Source: an uncultured Planctomycetales bacterium
Lineage (GTDB): Bacteria > Omnitrophota > Gorgyraeia > Gygaellales > Profunditerraquicolaceae
Assembly: GCA_964413025.1 (NCBI GenBank)
Contig: CAYPRG010000004.1
Location: forward strand, 1 to 35,451
Reading direction: 5' to 3'
Length of the DNA stretch: 35,451 bases
Position 1 is the stretch's first letter, and the number at the start of each line of letters is the position of its first letter. The position numbers and the translations under genes are program-made. Positions 10,372-18,590 of the stretch are shown here, one piece after another. The notes below the pieces were generated by a model that saw only the letters and a list, made by a program, of their open reading frames with translations, did not search any database and was not told the DNA's origin.

Positions 10372-11355
10372 ATGACCCTAGCCATTTTGTTATTGATAGT
10401 GCTTGCGCTATTATTTGATTTCTTAAACGGATTCCATGATTCGGCAAATTCCATTGCCACAATCGTTTCTACCCGCGTTCTTTCCCCGCGCCTGGCGGTT
10501 ATCTGGGCAGCTTTTTTTAATTTCGTGGCTTTTCTTTTTTTCGGCCTGCACGTAGCAAACACTATCGGCACGGGAATTATCGATATAACGATTATAGATA
10601 AAGGGATTATTTTCGGGGCGTTGGTCGGCGCCTGCGGTTGGAATATTATTACCTGGTTTTTTGGCCTGCCTACAAGTTCTTCCCACGCTTTAATCGGAGG
10701 GATGATTGGAGCTGCTTTAGTAAAGGCTGGCTCGGGCTCCTTGATATGGCAAGGTATTTCAAAAACAGTTATATTTATATTCGTTTCTCCGGTATTGGGC
10801 CTTATTCTGGGATTAGGATCCGGTATTATCGTCTATTGGATATTCAGTAAAAGCGCGCCCTCAAAAGTTGACCATATTTTTAGAAAAGGGCAATTAGTCT
10901 CCGCAGCATTTTATAGCTTGGGCCATGGGGGTAATGATGCGCAAAAAACCATGGGTATTATTGCCAGCCTTCTTTTTAGCGTCGGGCTATTGGGCGATAA
11001 ATTCTTCATACCTTTTTGGGTGGTATTGATGTGTCATGGCGCTATTGCGTTAGGCACGATGTTTGGGGGTTGGCGTATAGTTAAAACTATGGGGCAGAAG
11101 GTAGCAAAACTCAAGCCAGTAGACGGGTTTTGCGCCGAAACTGGCGCCGCGGTCACCTTATTTATTTCTTCGGCATTCGGCATACCTGTAAGCACTACGC
11201 ATACCATAACTGGCTCAATCATGGGCATAGGTTCGTTGAGACGGTTAAGCGCGGTGCGCTGGGGAGTCGCAGGGAGGATCGTATGGGCATGGATTTTAAC
11301 CATACCGTGTTCGGCGGCAATATCAGCTTTGGCCTATTCTTTGGTCAAACGGTAA
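10372..11355 (+). CDS. Inorganic phosphate transporter, PiT family
   Basis: 327 aa. The PiT signature occurs twice: GFHDSANSIATIVSTR at the N-terminus and GHGGNDAQKTMGII in the second half. It also carries PVSTTHTITGSIMGIG. Confidence 0.9.
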   Translation: MTLAILLLIVLALLFDFLNGFHDSANSIATIVSTRVLSPRLAVIWAAFFNFVAFLFFGLHVANTIGTGIIDITIIDKGIIFGALVGACGWNIITWFFGLPTSSSHALIGGMIGAALVKAGSGSLIWQGISKTVIFIFVSPVLGLILGLGSGIIVYWIFSKSAPSKVDHIFRKGQLVSAAFYSLGHGGNDAQKTMGIIASLLFSVGLLGDKFFIPFWVVLMCHGAIALGTMFGGWRIVKTMGQKVAKLKPVDGFCAETGAAVTLFISSAFGIPVSTTHTITGSIMGIGSLRRLSAVRWGVAGRIVWAWILTIPCSAAISALAYSLVKR

Positions 11356-11376
11356 TAATTAATAGGGGAGTTTGGC

Positions 11377-11414
11377 GGTCCTGATAAACAATATTAATCA
11401 GGACCATTTTTTTT
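11377..11414 (+). terminator. Rho-independent terminator ending the atp-to-pit gene string
   Basis: A 9-bp perfect stem (GGTCCTGAT at 11377-11385 pairing with ATCAGGACC at 11397-11405) has an 11-nt loop and is followed, after one A, by a run of eight T (11407-11414). Confidence 0.75.
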
Positions 11415-11445
11415 AGAGTAGATAGTTAAAAGAAGGAGGCTAGAG

Positions 11446-11841
11446 ATGGGGGATTTAAAAAGTTTGTTTCAGGAGGCTGATTGGAAGACGGAAAAACATG
11501 TGCCGGTGATTGAGGCGCCTGATAAGGCAAAAAAACAAGAGGCAGTAAAAATTACGGTGAGCGTGGGAAAAGAGATTCCTCATCCTAATACCACCGAGCA
11601 TCATATCCGCTGGATTACGGTATTTTTTCATCCTAAGGGAGAAAAATTTCCTTACCAGATAGGCAGGTTTGAATTTAATGCTCATGGTGAGTCGGTGCAA
11701 GGCCCCAATACCAGTACCATTTATTCCCTGCCGATTGTAACTTGCAGTTTAAAAACAGAAAAAGCGGGCACTATCCTTGCTTCTTCGTATTGCAATATCC
11801 ACGGCCTATGGGAGAGTGCTTTAGAATTAGATGTCGAATAA
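11446..11841 (+). CDS. sor: 1Fe superoxide reductase (neelaredoxin-type)
   Basis: 131 aa with the complete ligand set in the canonical order: E16-K-H18 (EKHVPVI), H46/H52 (HPNTTEHHIRWI) and C116/H119 (YCNIHGLW). An AAGGAGG Shine-Dalgarno sequence lies upstream. Confidence 0.9.
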   Translation: MGDLKSLFQEADWKTEKHVPVIEAPDKAKKQEAVKITVSVGKEIPHPNTTEHHIRWITVFFHPKGEKFPYQIGRFEFNAHGESVQGPNTSTIYSLPIVTCSLKTEKAGTILASSYCNIHGLWESALELDVE

Positions 11842-11866
11842 GCCAATATAGGTTAGGAGGCAAACA

Positions 11867-12370
11867 ATGAAGGTTGCTATTTTAGTGGAAGATTACTATC
11901 AGGTGTTGGAGGCGTGGTATCCTTATTTACGTTTGCGGGAAGAGGGGACAGGGGTGGTTTTTGTGGGGACAGGCAAGAAGGAATACAAAAGCAGGGAAGG
12001 TTATCCTGTAACGGCAGATATGGCTGTCCAGGAAGCAAATCCGGATGATTTTGACGGAGTAATTATCCCGGGGGGCTACGCTCCTGATATTTTGAGAAGA
12101 TACAAAGAAGTGGCTGCTTTTGTTAAAGGTTTAAACGAAAAACATAAACTAGTCGCGGCGATATGCCACGGCGGATGGGTGCTGGTATCCGCTGGAATAT
12201 TGAAAGATAGAAAGGTCACGGCATTTTCTGCGATAAAGGACGATTTAATAAACGCCGGAGCTTCTTACCAGGATGACGAAGTGGTTGTTGACGGGAATCT
12301 GGTTACTTCCCGTAACCCCTATGATTTACCTGTTTTTTGTAAGGAGATAATCAAATTTTTGAAAAAATGA
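11867..12370 (+). CDS. DJ-1/PfpI-family protein (deglycase/protease-like)
   Basis: 167 aa with the nucleophile elbow AAICHGGWVL, and the segments DGVIIPGGYAPD and VVDGNLVTSRNPYDLP. Confidence 0.9.
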   Translation: MKVAILVEDYYQVLEAWYPYLRLREEGTGVVFVGTGKKEYKSREGYPVTADMAVQEANPDDFDGVIIPGGYAPDILRRYKEVAAFVKGLNEKHKLVAAICHGGWVLVSAGILKDRKVTAFSAIKDDLINAGASYQDDEVVVDGNLVTSRNPYDLPVFCKEIIKFLKK

Positions 12371-13287
12371 AAATGTTTGATTTAATTATCATCGGAGCCG
12401 GTCCGGCTGGCATCACCGCCAGTGTATACGCGGCGCGGCAAAGGCTGGATTTTCTTGTTATTACTAAAGATATAGGCGGGCAGGCGGCTTTAAGCGGTGA
12501 TGTAGAGAATTACACCGGGTACCAGTTTATTAGCGGCCCGGAATTAGCCGTAAAGTTCGAAGAACACATGCGTAAATTTGATTTTGAGCTGAGGGAAGGC
12601 GAGGAATCTCTGGATATTAAAGAGAAGGCCGGAGTTTTTGAGGTCACTGCCGATAAAGGTACATACCAAGCCAGGGCTGTGATAATCGCTTCCGGAAAAA
12701 AATCAAGAGAGCTTGGCGTGCCGGGTGAGAAAGAATTTAAAAATAAGGGGATTACTTATTGCGCTATTTGTGACGGACCGCTTTTCTCCGGAAAAGACGT
12801 GGCGGTTATAGGAGGAGGTAATTCTGCTCTGGACGCGGTAATACAGCTGATAAAGATAGCGCGGAAAGTCTATGTTATTAATATCGGCCCGCAGCTTGGC
12901 GGCGATATGGTGGCGCAGGAGCAAATTTATAGCAGTAAAGTTGCGGTTGTCTTAAACAATTCTCAGGTGACCGCTGTCTTAGGGGAAAAAATGGTTAATG
13001 GGATTAGAATCAATCGGGGTAGCAAAGAAGAAATATTGCCTGTTCAGGGAGTTTTTGTGGAAATCGGTTTAATCCCCAATACGGATTTTGCAAGGAATGT
13101 AGAAAAGAATACTTTGGGAGAGATTAAAGTTAGTTGCCGTAATGAAACAAATATCCCCGGAATTTTTGCTGCCGGGGATGTCACCGATGTTCCGGAAAAG
13201 CAGATTATCATAGCTGCCGGAGAAGGCGCCAAGGCAGCCTTAAGCGCTTTTAAATATTTAGCGTATCAGGTTAAAAAGGCGGTCTAA
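12367..13287 (+). CDS. Thioredoxin-reductase-like FAD-dependent disulfide oxidoreductase (no recognisable NADPH signature)
   Basis: 306 aa with the FAD motif IIGAGPAGITASVYAAR, the redox CxxC CAICDG (12760-12777), a second dinucleotide fold VIGGGNSALDAV, and GIFAAGDV. The HRRxxxR region is replaced by VYVINIGPQLGGD. Confidence 0.8.
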   Translation: MKMFDLIIIGAGPAGITASVYAARQRLDFLVITKDIGGQAALSGDVENYTGYQFISGPELAVKFEEHMRKFDFELREGEESLDIKEKAGVFEVTADKGTYQARAVIIASGKKSRELGVPGEKEFKNKGITYCAICDGPLFSGKDVAVIGGGNSALDAVIQLIKIARKVYVINIGPQLGGDMVAQEQIYSSKVAVVLNNSQVTAVLGEKMVNGIRINRGSKEEILPVQGVFVEIGLIPNTDFARNVEKNTLGEIKVSCRNETNIPGIFAAGDVTDVPEKQIIIAAGEGAKAALSAFKYLAYQVKKAV

Positions 13288-13290
13288 ATT

Positions 13291-15264
13291 ATGACAATGG
13301 ATCATGCGTGCTGCCAGGGGCATATGGTCGGAGATTTTAAAAAGAGGTTTTGGATATCCTCCGTATTAACCCTGCCGGTTCTTATTCTCTCCCCGATGAT
13401 CCAGGAGTTCCTTGGCCTTGGAGAAAAGTTCAGGTTCTCCGGGGACCTGTATTTACTTTTTCTTTTTTCTTCACTTGTGTTTTTTTACGGCGGCCGGCCT
13501 TTCCTTAAAGGGTTGTTTGATGAAGTAAAAGGTAAACAACCCGGGATGATGACTTTAATCGGGTTGGCGATTACCATAGCTTATGTATATAGTGCCGCGG
13601 TTGTCTTCGGGCTTATCGGGACAATATTTTTCTGGGAGTTGGCCACTTTAATCGATATTATGCTGGTCGGCCACTGGATAGAGATGAGCTCTGTTTTAGG
13701 GGCATCAAAAGCACTTGAAGAATTGGCCAGGCTTATGCCTCAGGAAGCGCATAAATTATTTCCGGATGGTAGCATGAAAGATGTGCCGCTGGGTGAGTTA
13801 AATATTAATGACAAGGTTATTGTGAAGCCCGGAGAAAAAATCCCTGCCGACGGAGTGGTAATCGAGGGGCAGAGTTCAGTCAGCCAGGCTCTTTTAACCG
13901 GAGAATCTGCGCCTGTGTCTAAAAGAGCAGGAGTAGAAGTTATAGGGGGTTCCTTAAACGGCGAAGGCTCTTTGATTGTCGCGGTTAAAAAAACCGGTAG
14001 GGACTCGTTTCTTTCTCAGGTAATTGAATTAGTCAGGCAGGCTCAGCAAAGTAAATCCAAAACCCAGGACCTGGCAAACCGCGCCGCGCTTTGGCTGACT
14101 ATAATTGCGTTATCATCCGGGGCAATAACTCTTTTTGTTTGGCTGGTGATAATAAACAAGGATTTCGCTTTTGCGCTGGAGAGAACGGTAACGGTCATGG
14201 TGATTACTTGCCCTCATGCTTTAGGTTTAGCTATTCCGCTTGTAGTTGCCGTCTCGACTGCATTAGCGGCAAGTAACGGTTTGCTTATTAGGAACAGGGT
14301 TGCTTTTGAAAAGGCAAGAAATATCCAGGCGATCATTTTTGATAAGACCGGGACTCTCACTCAGGGTAATTTTGGCGTCACCGATAAAGTTCTTCTGGTG
14401 AAAGATATTGATGAATATGAGCTTTTGAAATATGCCGCATCTGTAGAATCACACTCCGAACATCCTATCGCAAAAGCAATTGTTTTATCCTCCAGGGATA
14501 TTCTCCCGGTTGAAGGTTTTAAGGCTATACCGGGTCAGGGCGTTGAGGGAGTAGTCAGGGGGGAAAATGTCCTGGTGGCAAGCCCTGGTTATCTGAAAGG
14601 GAAAAATATATTCGTGGATGATAGAAGAATAGAGAAACTTTTTCTTGAGGGCAAGACAGTAGTTTTTGTGATGATTGATGAAAAAGTAAAAGGCGCTATA
14701 GCTCTCGCTGATTTAATCAGGCCGGAATCCAAAAAAGCCGTTTCGATGCTTAAAAATATGGGTATCAAATGTATGATGCTTACCGGCGATAATAAACAGG
14801 TCGCGCAATGGGTGTCGGAAGAGATTGGGCTGGATGAATATTTTGCCGAGGTCCTGCCGCAGGAGAAGGCAGCTAAGGTAAAAGAGGTCCAGCAGAGAAA
14901 TTTAGTCGTGGCAATGGTAGGCGATGGGGTGAATGACGCTCCTGCTTTAGCCCAGGCAGATGTGGGAATCGCTATCGGCGCGGGGACTGATGTCGCAATT
15001 GAAGCCGCGGATATTATTTTGGTCAGGAATAGCCCGCTTGATGCCGTAGCCATAATCGGGCTTGCACGGGCTACTTATAAGAAGATGGTCGAGAATCTTA
15101 TTTGGGCTACCGGATATAATGCCCTGGCCATACCCCTTGCGGCAGGGGTTCTTTTTAATTCAGGCATACTTCTTAGCCCTGCCATGGGGGCGGTACTTAT
15201 GTCTTTGAGCACGGTTATCGTGGCGATTAACGCAAAAAAGCTTTCTTTTGCAAACAGGGCGTGA
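13291..15264 (+). CDS. copB: P1B-type heavy-metal (copper) transporting ATPase, CPH (CopB-like) subtype
   Basis: 657 aa with TGES, the TM6 motif CPH (14209-14217), DKTGTLT, SEHPIAKAI, GDGVNDAPAL and VGIAIGAGTDVAIEAADI. It has no ferredoxin-fold HMA domain, only a short N-terminus MTMDHACCQGHM. Confidence 0.9.
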   Translation: MTMDHACCQGHMVGDFKKRFWISSVLTLPVLILSPMIQEFLGLGEKFRFSGDLYLLFLFSSLVFFYGGRPFLKGLFDEVKGKQPGMMTLIGLAITIAYVYSAAVVFGLIGTIFFWELATLIDIMLVGHWIEMSSVLGASKALEELARLMPQEAHKLFPDGSMKDVPLGELNINDKVIVKPGEKIPADGVVIEGQSSVSQALLTGESAPVSKRAGVEVIGGSLNGEGSLIVAVKKTGRDSFLSQVIELVRQAQQSKSKTQDLANRAALWLTIIALSSGAITLFVWLVIINKDFAFALERTVTVMVITCPHALGLAIPLVVAVSTALAASNGLLIRNRVAFEKARNIQAIIFDKTGTLTQGNFGVTDKVLLVKDIDEYELLKYAASVESHSEHPIAKAIVLSSRDILPVEGFKAIPGQGVEGVVRGENVLVASPGYLKGKNIFVDDRRIEKLFLEGKTVVFVMIDEKVKGAIALADLIRPESKKAVSMLKNMGIKCMMLTGDNKQVAQWVSEEIGLDEYFAEVLPQEKAAKVKEVQQRNLVVAMVGDGVNDAPALAQADVGIAIGAGTDVAIEAADIILVRNSPLDAVAIIGLARATYKKMVENLIWATGYNALAIPLAAGVLFNSGILLSPAMGAVLMSLSTVIVAINAKKLSFANRA

Positions 15265-15265
15265 T

Positions 15266-16162
15266 ATGAAGGCGGGAAAATATATTATCAGGGCTTTAAG
15301 GCTGCCGTTTCTCTCCGCAAGCATACTCCCTTTTGTATTCGGTTCATTGATTAAGAGTGATAATTTTAATTTTTCCGGATTTTTTCTCGGGCTTATCGCC
15401 GTGGCAGCCACGCATCTTAGCGCCAACCTTATCAATGACTATGCGGATTCAAAGAGCGGGGCAGACTGGCAGGATTTGAATTTCTATAAATTCTTCGGCG
15501 GCTCAAAATTAATCCAGGAAAAAATATTACCCGAGAAATTCTATCTCAAGGCGGCAGTGATTTTTGCCTTGATAGCAGGCCTTTGCGTGGTTTTGCTTTC
15601 GTTTTTCCTTAAGAGCCTTTTTGTTTTGTTTATTTATTTAGCCATAATCATACTAAGCTGGTCGTATTCAGAAAAGCCGCTGCAGTTTTCCTATCATCGG
15701 CTGGGAGAAATTTTTATATTCATCCTTTTCGGGCCGGCCCTGGTCATGGGCGGATATTTTATCCAGACAGGAATATTCCCTGATTTGAGGAGTTTCCTGG
15801 CCTCGGTTCCCTTTGGGCTGTTTACTACCGCTATTCTTTTTGCCAATGAGGTCCCGGATTTCCTTGATGATAAAAAAGCCGGGAAATTGAACTGGGTAAG
15901 TATTTCCGGGCCTAATCAGGCATTTTTGCTGTATTATTTATTGATGATTATGGCTTTTTCAGCTATATTATTAAATGTGTCTTTGGGATACTTTAAGCCC
16001 TGGGCTCTTCTTGCTTTTATATTCATCCTGCCGGCGGCTAAAGCGGGAATTATTTTAAAGAATTATCCTGATGATAAGGCGCGTCTGGTCAATTCTTCCA
16101 AATTGACCATTGCAGCCCAAACACTGGCGAGCCTGGTTTTAATTGCAGGGGTAATAATATGA
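15266..16162 (+). CDS. UbiA-family aromatic prenyltransferase, MenA-like
   Basis: It is polytopic and has two Asp-rich motifs, NLINDYADSKSGAD and NEVPDFLDDKKAGK. I prefer ATG 15266, 1 nt after the copB stop, over the TTG at 15248 used in the ORF track. Confidence 0.7.
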   Translation: MKAGKYIIRALRLPFLSASILPFVFGSLIKSDNFNFSGFFLGLIAVAATHLSANLINDYADSKSGADWQDLNFYKFFGGSKLIQEKILPEKFYLKAAVIFALIAGLCVVLLSFFLKSLFVLFIYLAIIILSWSYSEKPLQFSYHRLGEIFIFILFGPALVMGGYFIQTGIFPDLRSFLASVPFGLFTTAILFANEVPDFLDDKKAGKLNWVSISGPNQAFLLYYLLMIMAFSAILLNVSLGYFKPWALLAFIFILPAAKAGIILKNYPDDKARLVNSSKLTIAAQTLASLVLIAGVII

Positions 16163-17286
16163 TTAAAGTTGTAATCATCGGGGGAGGTTTTGGAGGCTTA
16201 AGCGCTAGCCGAAGGCTTTGCAAATCAGGGATTAAGCTTGAGGTAATCCTCATTGACAAAAAGCAAACCGTGGATTTCCTTCCCATGCTGCCTGATTGCA
16301 TAGGTAGAATGTTAAGTCCTGATTTTTTAAGCTATAGGATTGAAGATCTGGGGGGCAAGCTAGGTTTTAATTTTATAAATGGAGAAGTAATTACGTTGGA
16401 TTTAGATAAGAAGGAAGTTTCTGTTAATTCAGAGGGCTTGAAATATGACTACCTGATTATAGCCAGCGGCTCCGAGACCAACTTCTATGGAAACCAGGGT
16501 ATCAGGCAATATGCCTGTGTTTTAGGTGGGGTAAGCGATGCCAGAAAGATGGTTGATAGATTAAGCCAGGGTAAGTTTGATAACTATGTTGTCGGCGGAG
16601 GCGGTTATACCGGGATAGAGGTAGCTACTAATTTAAGGCTGTTTTTAAATAGGAACAATAAAAAGGGTAAGATAGTTATTGTTGAGCGCGCGCCGGAGAT
16701 ATTAGGGACACTTCCGGAGTGGATGAAAGAATATGTCGTTGATAATTTACGGAGGCTAGATATTGAAATCTCCGTTAATAATACTATTGATATAATAGAA
16801 GAGCGAAGGATTCATCTGTCCGAAGGGAAAACCCTGGATAATACTTTTGTGGTGTGGACAGCGGGAGTAAAAACCTCTAGTTTTATCCAGAATTTAAAAG
16901 TAGATAAAAATCCTCAAGGCAGGATCAAGGTAGACGAATATCTGCGCCTGAATAATAATTGTTTTGTTATCGGAGACGCGGCCAGTTTTTCGCATCAGGA
17001 AGGTATTCTAAGAATGTCGGTGCAGTTTGCTATTACCCAGGGGGATTCCGCGGCGGAAAATATAATCAGGGGTATAAAGGGGCTTGGCCTTCATAAATAC
17101 AAAGCGCGGGATTTAGGATATATCATCCCTATGGCTAATAACCGGTCCTGCGGTAGCATTCTAGGCTTAAATTTTAAAGGATCTTTACCGACGATACTCC
17201 ACTTTATCATGTGTATCTACCGTTCTTATGGCATAAGGAATAAAATCGGCATAATAAAAGATTTGTTGAAAAACAGGTGCCTTTGA
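16159..17286 (+). CDS. Type II NADH dehydrogenase (NDH-2)-like FAD/NAD(P)-binding oxidoreductase
   Basis: 375 aa with two Rossmann motifs, VVIIGGGFGGLSA and VVGGGGYTGIEVA, plus VIGDAA. It overlaps the prenyltransferase gene by 4 nt. Confidence 0.75.
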   Translation: MIKVVIIGGGFGGLSASRRLCKSGIKLEVILIDKKQTVDFLPMLPDCIGRMLSPDFLSYRIEDLGGKLGFNFINGEVITLDLDKKEVSVNSEGLKYDYLIIASGSETNFYGNQGIRQYACVLGGVSDARKMVDRLSQGKFDNYVVGGGGYTGIEVATNLRLFLNRNNKKGKIVIVERAPEILGTLPEWMKEYVVDNLRRLDIEISVNNTIDIIEERRIHLSEGKTLDNTFVVWTAGVKTSSFIQNLKVDKNPQGRIKVDEYLRLNNNCFVIGDAASFSHQEGILRMSVQFAITQGDSAAENIIRGIKGLGLHKYKARDLGYIIPMANNRSCGSILGLNFKGSLPTILHFIMCIYRSYGIRNKIGIIKDLLKNRCL

Positions 17287-17354
17287 ATATAGCTTTGTGA
17301 TTATCTGTGTTTGTATCGCCTTGATGCTTTTGGGCCCGGGAAAATTCAGCATAC

Positions 17355-18110
17355 ATGCTAAATTTTAAATCTATAAAAACTCGATTAATCCTCTATCTGG
17401 CTTGTTTCGCTGTTTTTTTGTCGATCGAGCAAAATGACGCTATGTTACTGGCTGCGGTATTTATCGCTGTTATCTGGAGCCTGGCGGTAGAGTCAGCGTT
17501 TTTGTATTTGAAAACAAAAGCCTTTCAAATCAGCGAAAGCTCTATTATCACCGGTTTAATTGTAGGTTTTGTATTCTCTAACGGTCAGTCCTGGTGGGTA
17601 TTGGCATTAGCTTCTTCGCTGGCAATCCTTTCAAAATATTTAATACGTTTTAAAATAAGGCACATATTTAATCCTGCAGCCTTGGGAATATTCTTGGCTA
17701 TTATTATTTTGGGAGCCCCTACGGAATGGGAGGGGACTTATTTCTGGTTTATAGTTTTGCCTTTCGGGATTTATTTCGCGAAAAAAATCAGGAAGATGGA
17801 GATACTTGCCGGCTATACGGTTGTTTTTCTGGCGCTGTTCGGAACCCAGGCGCTCTTCCAGAAAACCCCTGTCTGGCATATCTTTGGCTACCTGAATTAT
17901 TTCTATTTATTTGTTATGGTGATCGAGCCTATGACTACTCCTGTAAGGCCGTTGGGAAAGTTTCTTTTCGGCGCTGGCGTTTCCGCGCTTGTTTTTATCC
18001 TGACTGAACTGGGAGTTAGGTTTGACGTTGAACTCTTTAGCTTGTTAGCGATGAATATCGCTGTCCCGTTATTAAATATGATACCGCATAAAGAAGGAGG
18101 CAGGGTATGA
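17355..18110 (+). CDS. RnfD/NqrB-family-like integral membrane protein (orphan, short)
   Basis: 251 aa and polytopic. The segment SKYLIRFKIRHIFNPAALGIFLAII resembles the conserved (K/R)HIFNPA motif of RnfD/NqrB. I saw no flavinylation (S/T)GAT motif, and no other rnf/nqr genes are present. Confidence 0.5.
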   Translation: MLNFKSIKTRLILYLACFAVFLSIEQNDAMLLAAVFIAVIWSLAVESAFLYLKTKAFQISESSIITGLIVGFVFSNGQSWWVLALASSLAILSKYLIRFKIRHIFNPAALGIFLAIIILGAPTEWEGTYFWFIVLPFGIYFAKKIRKMEILAGYTVVFLALFGTQALFQKTPVWHIFGYLNYFYLFVMVIEPMTTPVRPLGKFLFGAGVSALVFILTELGVRFDVELFSLLAMNIAVPLLNMIPHKEGGRV

Positions 18111-18457
18111 AAAAAATAGGATTATTGCTGGTGTTATTTTTCGGGTTTACTTGTGCGGCATATGCCCATCCGCCGTCTGATATCAAAATAACCTTTGATG
18201 CCAAGACAAAAATGCTGCAGGCGGTGATTATGCATGGCGTGAGTAATCCCCGTAGCCATTATATCAAAAAAGTGGATGTGGGCTTAAACGGCAAAGAAAT
18301 AATCGAGCTCGATTTCTCCCGCCAGGACAATAATGAAAGCCAGGCTGTTACTTATCTCATGCCCGACGTAAAAGACGGTGATATTATTTCCGTTGAAGGC
18401 TATTGCAGCATAAGCGGCAAACTGCAGAAGGCAATCAAGGTAAAAGCAGAAAAGTAG
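18107..18457 (+). CDS. Small secreted protein of unknown function with a SOR-like His/His/His/Cys pattern
   Basis: 116 aa with a Sec signal peptide MKKIGLLLVLFFGFTCAAYA. The gene has an ATGA overlap with the upstream gene. The mature part begins HPPSD and contains MHGVSNPRSHYIKKV and EGYCSISGKL. Confidence 0.6.
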   Translation: MKKIGLLLVLFFGFTCAAYAHPPSDIKITFDAKTKMLQAVIMHGVSNPRSHYIKKVDVGLNGKEIIELDFSRQDNNESQAVTYLMPDVKDGDIISVEGYCSISGKLQKAIKVKAEK

Positions 18458-18501
18458 CACGCCCCCCGGTGTTAAATCATTTTTAAATCCGAAAATTAAG
18501 C

Positions 18502-18555
18502 TTGACAGTCAGCATATGATATGTTAGATTATTCGTGTAAATCATACATATCATA
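18502..18555 (+). promoter_or_regulatory. Sigma70-type promoter with a flanking inverted repeat (probable AbrB-type operator)
   Basis: TTGACA (18502-18507), a 17-nt spacer ending in TGT (extended -10), then TAGATT (18525-18530). A perfect 10-bp inverted repeat, TATGATATGT (18515-18524) and ACATATCATA (18546-18555), brackets the -10 element and the likely transcription start. Confidence 0.6.
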
Positions 18556-18590
18556 CTAATATGCTTCATAAAGAAAGAAGGAGAATCCAA

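Noticed and set aside
11394-11424. TTAATC-N19-TAGATA might be a promoter for the SOR operon.
   Set aside because: Both hexamers match poorly, the spacing is 19 nt, and the candidate overlaps the terminator. I cannot support it from sequence alone, so the SOR operon promoter remains unassigned.
14589-15053. A 154-aa minus-strand ORF lies inside the P-type ATPase gene. Similar shadow ORFs occur throughout the window (for example 220-474, 1028-1333, 6528-6839, 7011-7376, 20017-20346 and 32491-32829).
   Set aside because: All are nested in well-supported + strand genes. None has recognisable motifs or ribosome-binding sites.
17332-17340. The GGGCCCGGG palindromic stretch flanked by TTTT/AAAA after the NDH-2 gene might be a terminator.
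   Set aside because: The complementary triplets are directly adjacent, so no stable stem-loop with a viable loop can form. There is also no 3' U-tract after a stem.
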